64,000 bases of DNA from Candidatus Marinacidobacterium sp. (GTDB lineage Bacteria; Acidobacteriota; Vicinamibacteria; Marinacidobacterales; Marinacidobacteraceae), in the NCBI GenBank assembly GCA_965204755.1, contig OZ242011.1, positions 2,144,001 to 2,208,000 of the forward strand, written 5' to 3'. Every line of letters begins with the position of its first letter. Within the stretch, counting starts at the first letter, position 1. A program made the position numbers and the translations under genes. Positions 52,859 through 61,528 of this stretch are shown one piece after another. Below the pieces are notes generated by a model. The model saw nothing but the letters and a program-made list of their open reading frames with translations. It was not told where the DNA came from and did not search any database.

Positions 52859-53494
52859 TTATGGTTTCCGCCGAACACCGTTCGGTCCGATCCATATTCG
52901 GTGTCGGCACGGATCTACGATAGGGCCGTCTCCGAATCTCGACTTGATGCGTAGAGCTGCGAAACTACGAATTACCGTGGTGGGAAACTGTTCGCGCAAG
53001 CGCGCAACGGTCCCCATGATCGTGGCGCCTCGCCCGAGAACGTCGTCGACGACCGTTATTCGTTCGGGCACGGTGTCGGATATGCCCCTTATCTCGAGGG
53101 AGTCGTAGTGTTCTCGATGTGTGGGGCGCTCACCGGGTGCCGAAAAGGCGGACTTAGGCATGGTGTATGTTCTGCGTATCAACAGAGACACACTGATTCC
53201 GAGTCCATGGTTCTTCAACGCTTCCGCGAGGAGGAGGCCGACCCACTTCTGTTGCTCTCCCCGCCAAGGTACGGAGCCCGGGACTGGGACAAGTGTCGTC
53301 TTGGCGCCAAAGAGATCACGCAGTCCCTCATGTTGTGTCAACGCGACAACTTTTTCAGCCACTTGGTTTATGGCCCAATCGTGGCCGTTCTTCACGGCAC
53401 TGCGTATCTGCCGTGACTTGCGTGCGATCTCGCTTGTCTCCTTTGACGAGTAGGCGAGAGCCGTGCCACAGACGACCTCAGAGAAGAGACTCAT
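52859..53494 (-). CDS. type I phosphoribosyltransferase-fold protein (ComF/ShosT-like)
   Basis: LVPVPGS and PRPP loop ITVVDDVLGRGAT. ATG 53494 overlaps the end of the DprA gene. Low GC. Confidence 0.75.
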   Translation of the reverse strand: MSLFSEVVCGTALAYSSKETSEIARKSRQIRSAVKNGHDWAINQVAEKVVALTQHEGLRDLFGAKTTLVPVPGSVPWRGEQQKWVGLLLAEALKNHGLGISVSLLIRRTYTMPKSAFSAPGERPTHREHYDSLEIRGISDTVPERITVVDDVLGRGATIMGTVARLREQFPTTVIRSFAALRIKSRFGDGPIVDPCRHRIWIGPNGVRRKP

Positions 53495-54215
53495 CGACGA
53501 TCGTTCGTTCCTCAACACTCTCGCACCATCTGGAGACATCCTCTTGGCGAAGCGGTTCAGCACCGTACCGTATCTGGTCTTCAACCCAATCGATACCACT
53601 GGAAGCGAGAGGTTCCAGAATGGCGAGAGGGCGCCCCAGATTGATTGCTTCCCAGCCTTGGTGTTTCGTACCACTTGTGGGGCTGGCAGCCACGATTACA
53701 GTGGCGTCAGAGAGGATCGCCATGGTGCGATTTCGCATCGCGAAATTTCGCCGCTGGACCGAGGAAGACTCCGGAAACTGGGAGACCACCAAGTGTTCGG
53801 TCGCGATGGTGTGCTGCAACGAAGCGTTGGATGCGGGGTAGGCACGGGAGAGCGGTGTTCCAAGGACGGCCACGGTCTTTCCGTGGAGTTCGATTGCGGT
53901 TTTGTGCGCGACGGTATCGATTCCATCGGCGAGGCCGCTGACCACAGAGATGCCGGCTTGGACGAGACACTCCGCTACGGATCGAGCGAGAGCCAAGTCC
54001 TCTGCACCCGCTCGACGTGAGCCGACGATGGAAATGCGTCGACCTTCTTGCAGCAGCGTGGGGTTTCCCGCGAGGTAGAGCGCCCGTGGCGCGTTTCGAC
54101 TCTCGAACCGGTTGAGGGGGCCGAGAAAACTCTCGATCGGAGTAGCGCCGTCCGCCCTGTCGTGAACGGCTGCCCCGAAGAGCGAAGACGGGGGCGCTTC
54201 GCGGGGGCGGCTCAT
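53478..54215 (-). CDS. DprA/Smf (SLOG)-family protein, short form
   Basis: ISIVGSR, VVSGLADGIDTVAH, AVLGTPL, NFAMRNRTMA, SGTKHQGWEA. Confidence 0.88.
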   Translation of the reverse strand: MSRPREAPPSSLFGAAVHDRADGATPIESFLGPLNRFESRNAPRALYLAGNPTLLQEGRRISIVGSRRAGAEDLALARSVAECLVQAGISVVSGLADGIDTVAHKTAIELHGKTVAVLGTPLSRAYPASNASLQHTIATEHLVVSQFPESSSVQRRNFAMRNRTMAILSDATVIVAASPTSGTKHQGWEAINLGRPLAILEPLASSGIDWVEDQIRYGAEPLRQEDVSRWCESVEERTIVDESLL

Positions 54216-54320
54216 CGGTTCGGCCCTCGGTAGGCCGTCCGAAGCAAGCCGGACAGCCCGCTGTCGGGACGAAGGCGTGCCCATCGTTGTTCGGGATTCT
54301 AGGCGACGAGTGCGACGGGC

Positions 54321-57143
54321 TCAGGCGATCGCGGCCCCGTCGGCGTCCATGCGGCTGATCGGGCCGTAGCCCAGGCGGGAGAGGCCCGGCTCCAAGCGGT
54401 CGGCGTCGCCGACCACCACCAGCGCGCCGCCCTCCGGGGAGAGGTGCTTCGCCGCCGCCTCGGCGACCTGGTCGCGGGTCACGGCGGCCACCCGGTCGGG
54501 GAACTCGCGGATGTCCGACAGCGGGCCGCCGCGGTGGAGGATGCCGCCGATGACCCCTTTCACGCCGCCCAGCGTCTCGAAGTGCTGGGTGTAGGTGCGG
54601 ATGAGCGTCTTCTTCGCCTCCTCCACCTCCCGGACGAGGACGCGGCGCCGGCCGGAGGCGATCCGCTCGACTTCCGCGAGCAGTTCCGGGATGGCGGCGT
54701 CCGCCATCTCCAGGTTCACCGACGCGGAGGCGGAGAGGATCGAGCCGTCGGTCAACTGGCGGCTGCCGGCGAAGGCGCCGTAGGTCGCTCCCATCCGCTC
54801 CCGGAGGTTCAGGTTCAGCCGGCTGGAGAAACCCCCTCCCAGGATCTGGAGCGCCAACCGGAGCGCCAGCCGCTCCGGAATGTCCCGAGGCGGGCCGGCC
54901 TTCACCCAGCGCGCGACCGCCTGCGGGCTCTCGGCGGCCATCCGGTGGAGCAGGACCCCCCGGCCGGGCGGCGCCGGCAGTTCCGGCGCGGGCGGCCGCT
55001 CCGGGACTTCGCCCCGCGCCCACTCGCCGAAGAACTCGTCGAAGACCTCCACCACCCGGTCGGTCTCGATGTCGCCGCAGACGATGAACGCCGGATCGTC
55101 CGGGACGAACCGCCGCCGGTGGAACTCGGCCAGGTCGTCCACCCGCACGGCGGCGAGCGAGTCCTCGTCCGACCGCCAGCCGTACGGGTGCTCGTCGGAG
55201 AAGACCGCCCGCCGGGCGATGCGGCCGGCGACCGAGTTCGGGTTGGCCCGCGCCTGTTTCAACGCGTCGAGATGGAGCGGGATCAACTGGGCCAACTCCT
55301 TCTCCGGGAAGGTCGGCCGCCGCAGCAGGTCCACCGCCAGGGCCAGCGTCGGGCGCAGGTGCTCGGTGAGGCAGGAGAAGGAGACGCTCATCGCCTCGGC
55401 CCCGGCCCCGGCGCCGAGGTCCGCGCCCATCCGGTCGAGCGCCGCCTCGAACTCGTGCGCGGTCCGGCTGCCGGCGCCCCGGCTCATCATGGTCGCCGTG
55501 AGGCCGGCGAGACCGGCGAGCCGGCGCGGCTCGTTCACCTTGCCTCCGCGAAACCGGAGCGTGGCTTCGATCATCGGCAGGTCCCGGCGTTCGTGGACGA
55601 CCACCGGGACGCCGGCCGCCGACTCCCGGGACTCCGGCAGCGGCGCGGTGAACCGGCCGGCCGGCCCGCGGCGCGGCGGGCGGGAACGGTCCGGTTCCGG
55701 CGGCAACTCCGGAACGGGCCCGACCGGGGTGACGGTCGGCGCCCGCCAGTCCGCCGGCCCCACCGGGACCGGGACTACGGGCGGCGCCCCGGCGGCGTCC
55801 GGCTCGCCGTAGAGCAACTCCACCCGGGGCGCGAGCAGGTAGCGGTTCGCGACGCGCGCCAGGTCCGCCTGCTCCACTTCGCGGTAGCGCACCCAGTGTT
55901 CGGAGAGTTTGTCCGGCTCTCCGAGATAAGTGGTGTACCGGGCCAGCAGGTCGGCCTTGGTGGCGAGCCGCTCCAAGGCGCCCACGAACGACACCTGCGT
56001 CTCCGCCTTGACCCGCTCCACTTCCTCCGGGGTCGGCCCTTCGGCGGCGATCCGCGCCAGTTCCTCGTCCATCGCTTCCCGGACGCGGTCGAGCGGCGTC
56101 CCCGGCCGGGCGGTAACCACCACCCCGGTCAGCCCGCCCGACTCCAGCGAGTACTGGAACGCGTTCACGCCCGACGCGATGCGGTCCTCATAGACCAGCC
56201 GGTGGTAGAGGCGCGAGTTCAGGCCGTCCGAGAGGACATCGGACAGCATGTCGAGCGCCGGCTCGTCCGGGTGGAAGAACGGAATGGTCGGCCAGCAGCA
56301 GTAGAGGCGGGCGTGGGGCACTTCGTCCGGGGCCGTGATGCGCCGCGTCTCGGTGAGTCCGATCGGCGGGAACTCGGGACGGCCCGGGCGGTCGCCGGGC
56401 GGAATGGAACCGAAGTAGCGCGTGGCCTGGGTAAGCGCCGTCCGCTCGCCCAGGTCGCCGGCGATCACGAGGACGGCGTTGTTCGGGACATACCACGCGC
56501 GGAAGAAGTCGTGGACTTCCTCCAGGGTGGCTTCGGCGAGATGTTCCATGTCGCCGATGACATCCCAAGAATACGGATGCCCGGCGGGAAAGAGCGCATG
56601 GAAGATGCGCTCCCACGCCGTGCCGTACGGCACATTGTCCATGCGCTGCAGCCGCTCGTTCCGCACGACTTCGCGTTGGGTGTCGAGCCGCGTCCGGTCG
56701 AGGACATCGAGCAGCCAGCCCATCCGGTCCGACTCGGCCCAAAGCGCCAGCCCGAGCGCCTCCTTCGGGACGGTCTCGTAGTAGTTCGTCCGGTCGTGGC
56801 TGGTCGTGCCGTTCACCCCCCCCGCGGACAGGCTGGCCCCGGCTTTCTCCATCAACCGGATGAAGTGCTGGTCGTTGTTCCGCGAACCTTCGAACATCAG
56901 GTGTTCGAAGAGGTGGGCGAACCCGGTGCGCCAGGGCTGTTCGTTCTTCGAGCCCACGTGGTACCAGAGCGCGACATGCGCCACCGGCAACCGGCGGTCC
57001 TCGTGGAACAGGACGCGGAGGCCGTTGTCGAGCGTGTGGAGACTCGAAGGGACGCTGACTTCCGCCGCCATCTCGAGCGGCGCGGCGTTTCCCCGGGCCG
57101 GGCGGGCCGATCGGGGCGGGGCGGGAAGCGGGGGTTCGGGCAT
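54321..57143 (-). CDS. M16 (pitrilysin-like) zinc protease
   Basis: TLDNGL, WYHVGS..TGFAHLFEHLMFEGS, NGTTSHDRTNYYE, SRLNLNLRERMGATYG. Start 57143 or 57071. Confidence 0.93.
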   Translation of the reverse strand: MPEPPLPAPPRSARPARGNAAPLEMAAEVSVPSSLHTLDNGLRVLFHEDRRLPVAHVALWYHVGSKNEQPWRTGFAHLFEHLMFEGSRNNDQHFIRLMEKAGASLSAGGVNGTTSHDRTNYYETVPKEALGLALWAESDRMGWLLDVLDRTRLDTQREVVRNERLQRMDNVPYGTAWERIFHALFPAGHPYSWDVIGDMEHLAEATLEEVHDFFRAWYVPNNAVLVIAGDLGERTALTQATRYFGSIPPGDRPGRPEFPPIGLTETRRITAPDEVPHARLYCCWPTIPFFHPDEPALDMLSDVLSDGLNSRLYHRLVYEDRIASGVNAFQYSLESGGLTGVVVTARPGTPLDRVREAMDEELARIAAEGPTPEEVERVKAETQVSFVGALERLATKADLLARYTTYLGEPDKLSEHWVRYREVEQADLARVANRYLLAPRVELLYGEPDAAGAPPVVPVPVGPADWRAPTVTPVGPVPELPPEPDRSRPPRRGPAGRFTAPLPESRESAAGVPVVVHERRDLPMIEATLRFRGGKVNEPRRLAGLAGLTATMMSRGAGSRTAHEFEAALDRMGADLGAGAGAEAMSVSFSCLTEHLRPTLALAVDLLRRPTFPEKELAQLIPLHLDALKQARANPNSVAGRIARRAVFSDEHPYGWRSDEDSLAAVRVDDLAEFHRRRFVPDDPAFIVCGDIETDRVVEVFDEFFGEWARGEVPERPPAPELPAPPGRGVLLHRMAAESPQAVARWVKAGPPRDIPERLALRLALQILGGGFSSRLNLNLRERMGATYGAFAGSRQLTDGSILSASASVNLEMADAAIPELLAEVERIASGRRRVLVREVEEAKKTLIRTYTQHFETLGGVKGVIGGILHRGGPLSDIREFPDRVAAVTRDQVAEAAAKHLSPEGGALVVVGDADRLEPGLSRLGYGPISRMDADGAAIA

Positions 57144-57195
57144 GAAGCGCGCCAATATACTGCCCCGTTCCGCCCGTTCGGCCCCCGATTTCCCG

Positions 57196-58362
57196 TTGCG
57201 AACCACCCCCCGGACGCGGCGTTCGGCCGCCGCTCGCCGCTTCGCCGGCGGGCTCGTTCTCGCGGCTTCCGCCTCCGGAGCGGCCCCGCCGCCCCAACCC
57301 GCCGACCCGTTCACCGCCGACCGGCCGGTCGAGGCGATGGTCGGCAAGCAGGTGGTCTTCGAGACGACCCGCGGAGACTTCGTCGTCGAGGTCCTGCCGG
57401 AGAAGGCGCCCAACCACGCGGCGTTCTTCCTGAAGCAGGCGGAGGAAGGGGCCTACGACGGCACCGCCTTCCACCGGGTGATCGCCCGCGGCATCGTCCA
57501 GGGCGGGGATCCCCTGTCGAAGGACCCGGAGGCGGCGGACCGCTACGGGACCGGCGGGCTGCTGCGCCTCGCGCGGGAGCCGAACGACGAACGCCACACC
57601 CGGGGCGCGGTGTCCGCGGTGCAGGTCCCCGGTCAGCCGGACAGCGCCGGTTCCCAGTTCTTCGTGGTGATCACCGACCAACCCGGGCTCGACGGCGCTT
57701 ACACCGTGTTCGCCCGGGTGGTGGAAGGCCTGCGCCCGCTCACCGCGATCTCGGAGGTCGAGGCGGACGAGGGCGGCCGGCCGCTCGAGCGGGTGGAAGT
57801 GGTTCGCGCGGTCGTCCGCGACCGGCCGCCGGAAGTCGCCCCGCCGTTCACGGAGGAAAGCGACGCCGAACTCGCGAACCACCGGGTCGTCCTCGAAACG
57901 CCCTTCGGCGAGATCGGGATCGAGTTGCTCCCGGAGACCGCGCCGAACCATGTCCGCAACTTCCTCCGGCTGGCGGCGCTCGGCGCCTACGACGGTACCG
58001 CGTTCCACCGCGTCGTTCCCGGCTTCATGATCCAGACCGGCTGGATGGAGACCCGGGAGCCGCTGCTGCCGGAATCGCTCGAAAAACACATCACCAACCT
58101 GCAGCCGGAGTTCTCCGACCTGCCGCACGAGCCGGGGACGGTCTCCATGGCGCGGCTAGCCGAACCCGACAGCGCCATGACCAGTTTCTTCATCGTCACC
58201 GCGCGGGCGCCGGCGCTCGACGGCGAATACACGGTCTTCGGGAGGGTGGTCTCCGGCTACGAGGCGGTGGAAGCGATCGAGGCCCTCCCGGCGGCGGAGG
58301 ACGAGTCGCCGCTCGAACGGGTCGCGATCCGTCGGGCCCGCACCGAGCCGGTCTCCCGATGA
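57196..58362 (+). CDS. tandem-domain cyclophilin-type peptidyl-prolyl isomerase
   Basis: Two repeats of APNH..F...YDGTAFHRV...Q.G...FF...LDG.YTVF.RVV. Start uncertain (57142 or 57196). Confidence 0.9.
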   Translation: MRTTPRTRRSAAARRFAGGLVLAASASGAAPPPQPADPFTADRPVEAMVGKQVVFETTRGDFVVEVLPEKAPNHAAFFLKQAEEGAYDGTAFHRVIARGIVQGGDPLSKDPEAADRYGTGGLLRLAREPNDERHTRGAVSAVQVPGQPDSAGSQFFVVITDQPGLDGAYTVFARVVEGLRPLTAISEVEADEGGRPLERVEVVRAVVRDRPPEVAPPFTEESDAELANHRVVLETPFGEIGIELLPETAPNHVRNFLRLAALGAYDGTAFHRVVPGFMIQTGWMETREPLLPESLEKHITNLQPEFSDLPHEPGTVSMARLAEPDSAMTSFFIVTARAPALDGEYTVFGRVVSGYEAVEAIEALPAAEDESPLERVAIRRARTEPVSR

Positions 58363-59387
58363 ACGCCTCCCGGCCGGCGAGTTCCCGAACGGCCGGCGGG
58401 CCGCTCGAGGTGGCCATCGTCGGCGCCGGTCCCTCCGGACTCGCCGCCGCCATCGAATGCCGGCGGCAGGGCCTCCGCCACGAAGTCTTCGAGAAGGGGA
58501 GTCTGGTGGACACCATCCGCCGCTTCCCGGTCCACATGGTGTTCTTCACCACGCCGGAACTCCTGGAGATCGGCGGGCTGCCCCTGGTGTGCCACCGGGA
58601 GAAGCCGTCGCGTTTCGAGTCGCTCATCTACTACCGGAAGGTGGCGCAGCACTTCGACCTGCGCCCGCGCCTGTTCACCCGGGTGGCCCGGTTGGAGCGG
58701 TCGAAGAGCGGTCTCTTCACGCTCCACCTGAAGAGCGAGCGGCAGGGGATCCCCGACCCGGCGCCGGTCGAGGCCGAGAATGTGGTCCTCGCCATCGGGT
58801 ACTTCGACAACCCGAACCGCCTCGGGATTCCGGGAGAGGACCTGGACAAGGTCTCGCACCGGTTCGTGGAGACGCACCCCTACTTCGGCTCGCGGGTCGC
58901 GGTGGTCGGCGGCGGGAACTCGGCGGCGGAGACCGCGCTCGAGTTGTACCGGGCCGGGGTCGAAGTGACGCTGATCCACCGGGGCGAGACGCTCTCGTCC
59001 CACTTGAAGTACTGGGTGCGGCCGGACATCGAGAACCGGCTGGAGCGGAAGGAGATCGCCGGCCGGCTGGGGAGCGCGCTCACCGAGGTGCGGAGTGACT
59101 CCATCCTCGTTCGCGGCCCCGACGGCCGGAGCGAGGAGATCGGGAACGACTTCGTGCTGCCGCTCATCGGCTACCGGCCGGACTACCGGTTCCTCGAGTC
59201 CGTCGGCGTGCGGAGCGCCGGCCCCGACGAGGCGCCGGTGACCGACCCGGAGACCTTCGCCACCGAAGTGCCCGGGCTCTATCTCGCCGGAGGCGTGGTC
59301 GCCGGCAAACGGACGAACACCGTCTTCATCGAGAACGGACGGTTCCACGGCGAGGCGATCGTCCGCCACCTCTGCCGGGAGCGGTGA
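58359..59387 (+). CDS. YpdA-family FAD/NADPH oxidoreductase (bacillithiol disulfide reductase-like)
   Basis: GAGPSGL, FPVHMVFFTTPELLEIG, GGGNSAAE, KYWVRPDIENR, FIENGRFHG. Confidence 0.9.
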   Translation: MNASRPASSRTAGGPLEVAIVGAGPSGLAAAIECRRQGLRHEVFEKGSLVDTIRRFPVHMVFFTTPELLEIGGLPLVCHREKPSRFESLIYYRKVAQHFDLRPRLFTRVARLERSKSGLFTLHLKSERQGIPDPAPVEAENVVLAIGYFDNPNRLGIPGEDLDKVSHRFVETHPYFGSRVAVVGGGNSAAETALELYRAGVEVTLIHRGETLSSHLKYWVRPDIENRLERKEIAGRLGSALTEVRSDSILVRGPDGRSEEIGNDFVLPLIGYRPDYRFLESVGVRSAGPDEAPVTDPETFATEVPGLYLAGGVVAGKRTNTVFIENGRFHGEAIVRHLCRER

Positions 59388-61084
59388 GTCCGGGTCGGGG
59401 CCCCCGGCCCCCGGCGGCGGCTGCCCGCGCGGGGGGGCAGGGGGCGGTCGGCGCGAGGCGGGAGCCGCTCGACTGGCGGATCGAACACGCGCTCATCGTG
59501 GACGGGACCGGCGCGCCGGGCCGGTTCGGCCACCTCGGCATCCGGGCCGGCCGCTTCGCGCCGCCGGAGGCCCCGGCGCACCGCCGCCTGAATGCCTCCG
59601 GGCTGGTGGCGGCGCCGGGATTCGTGGACCTCCATTCCCACGGGGACCTGGTCTTGGCGAGCGAGGGCCCGGGCCGCTCCCGGATGATCGCCGGCCGGCT
59701 GGCGCAGGGGATCACCACCGAGGTCATCGGCAACTGCGGCCTCGGGGCCGCCCCGCTCCACGGGGAGGCGGCGGCCCTCGCTCCCCCGGTGCACGCCTGG
59801 ATGACGCCGGCGGGCGTCCGCTGGCGGTGGGAGTCCCTCGCCGACTACTTCGCCGCGCTGGAGACCCTGGGTCTGCCGCTGAATGTGGCGGCGCTCGTTC
59901 CCCACGGCCTGCTCCGCCTCGGCGCGATGGGCCTCCGTCCGGGAGCGCCGGACGCCGGCGAGAAGGCGGCGATGGGCGCTGCGCTCGAACGAGCGCTCGA
60001 GGAAGGGGCGTTCGGCCTTTCCTGCGGCCTGATCTACCCGCCGGGGATGTTCAGCCCCACCGAGGAACTGCTGGGGCTGGCGCGGGACCTGGCGGCGACG
60101 GACGGGCTCTTCACCGCGCATGTGCGGGGATCGAGCGAGACCCTGCTCCCGGCGGTGGACGAACTGATCGCCATCGGGCGGGGCGCCGGGGTACGGGTCC
60201 ACCACAGCCACGCCGAGGCGGTGGGCCGGGCCCACTGGCCGCAACTCGACCGCTTCCTGGCGGCCGAAGCCCGGGCGCGCCGGGAAGGCGTGCGCGTCTC
60301 GGCGGACATGTTCCCCTACCCGGTGGCCGCCACCATGATGTACGCCATCTATCCGCCGTGGGCGCTCGAAGGCGGGACGGCGGAGTTGCTGGCCCGGTTG
60401 CGCGACCCCGGGACCCGCGCCCGGATCGCGGGGGACATCGAGACCGTCCGCCCGGAGTGGCCTCCGTGGGAGCCGGGCGGCTGGCCCCACAACCTGGTGG
60501 CGGCCGTCGGGTGGGACCGGATCCTGGTGTCCGGCGTCGGCAGCGGCGCCCCGGACGCGGTCGGCCGGTCGCTGGCGGAACTCGGCGAGGCCGCCGGGAA
60601 GACCCCGTTCGACGCGGTCTCGGACCTCATGCTGGAAGAGGAGGGCGCTGTCGGGCAGTTCGTCCTGGACATCACCGGCGAGAGGGGTCTCGCCCGTCTC
60701 GCCGCCGAGCCGGAAGTCGCCTTCATCACCGACGCGAACGACTACGGCCGCGGCTCGCCGCACCCGGCGGCCTGCGGGGCGTTCCCGAAAGTCCTCGCCC
60801 GCTATGTCCGCGCGGAGGGGGCGCTCTCGCTGGAGGAGGCCGTCCGGCGCATGACCTCGCTGCCGGCGGACATCGTCGGCCTTCGAGACCGCGGCCGCAT
60901 CGCCGACGACCTGCCCGCCGACCTGGCGCTCTTCGACCCCAACACCGTCACCGACCGCGCCACCCTCGAGTCCCCCCGCCGCCGCGCCGCCGGCATCCGC
61001 CTGACCTTCGTGAACGGCATCCCGGTGACCCGCGACGGCCACTACACCGGCGCCCTCCCCGGCCGCGTCCTCCGCCGGTCCTGA
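59384..61084 (+). CDS. N-acyl-D-amino-acid deacylase (amidohydrolase family)
   Basis: APGFVDLHSH, QGITTEVIGNCG, GLIYPPG, HPAACGAFPKVL, RMTSLPA. Confidence 0.88.
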   Translation: MSPGRGPRPPAAAARAGGQGAVGARREPLDWRIEHALIVDGTGAPGRFGHLGIRAGRFAPPEAPAHRRLNASGLVAAPGFVDLHSHGDLVLASEGPGRSRMIAGRLAQGITTEVIGNCGLGAAPLHGEAAALAPPVHAWMTPAGVRWRWESLADYFAALETLGLPLNVAALVPHGLLRLGAMGLRPGAPDAGEKAAMGAALERALEEGAFGLSCGLIYPPGMFSPTEELLGLARDLAATDGLFTAHVRGSSETLLPAVDELIAIGRGAGVRVHHSHAEAVGRAHWPQLDRFLAAEARARREGVRVSADMFPYPVAATMMYAIYPPWALEGGTAELLARLRDPGTRARIAGDIETVRPEWPPWEPGGWPHNLVAAVGWDRILVSGVGSGAPDAVGRSLAELGEAAGKTPFDAVSDLMLEEEGAVGQFVLDITGERGLARLAAEPEVAFITDANDYGRGSPHPAACGAFPKVLARYVRAEGALSLEEAVRRMTSLPADIVGLRDRGRIADDLPADLALFDPNTVTDRATLESPRRRAAGIRLTFVNGIPVTRDGHYTGALPGRVLRRS

Positions 61085-61138
61085 GCCGCGGGGCGCGCCC
61101 CGCGCGGCCCCGTCGCCGCCCGGTCGCGCCCGGCCCGA

Positions 61139-61528
61139 TTACGGCTCTTCCCGGCCGTCGCGCGGGACCAGAACCGTCCGGAACCAGTCCTGACGATCGG
61201 CGGCGGCCCGCAACGCCTGACCGGCCCGTGGATCCCTCTTCTCCACTTCGCGGACCAACTGCATCAACTGCTCGTGCTTCTCGCCGGCGTCCTTCGCGAG
61301 TCGGCGCCGCAGTCCGTCGTCACGATGGGCGACTTCCGCGAAAGCGCACCAGAGGTCCTGCGCCACTTTCTCCCAGTCGTGCCGGAACGCTTCGGCGTCC
61401 GACATCACCCGGGTCCGGCGGGGGGCGAGTCCGTACAGGTCGAAGACGCTCGCCAGCCCTTCGAGGAATGCCGCCCACCGGCGCCGCTTGGGCTGCGGCG
61501 CGCCGGGCCCACCGCCGTTTCGAGTCAC
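61139..61528 (-). CDS. hypothetical protein
   Basis: AFLEGLASVFDL...SDAEAFRHDWEKVAQDL; the GTG overlaps the peptidase stop. Confidence 0.65.
   Translation of the reverse strand: MTRNGGGPGAPQPKRRRWAAFLEGLASVFDLYGLAPRRTRVMSDAEAFRHDWEKVAQDLWCAFAEVAHRDDGLRRRLAKDAGEKHEQLMQLVREVEKRDPRAGQALRAAADRQDWFRTVLVPRDGREEP

Noticed and set aside
54444-59387. 1647-aa ORF
   Set aside because: Only 58359-59387 (YpdA) is protein-like. The rest overlaps the M16 protease and PPIase genes.
61084-61135. GC hairpins after genes (also ~16105 and ~13165) as intrinsic terminators
   Set aside because: They have no U-tract, and such hairpins arise easily at this GC content.
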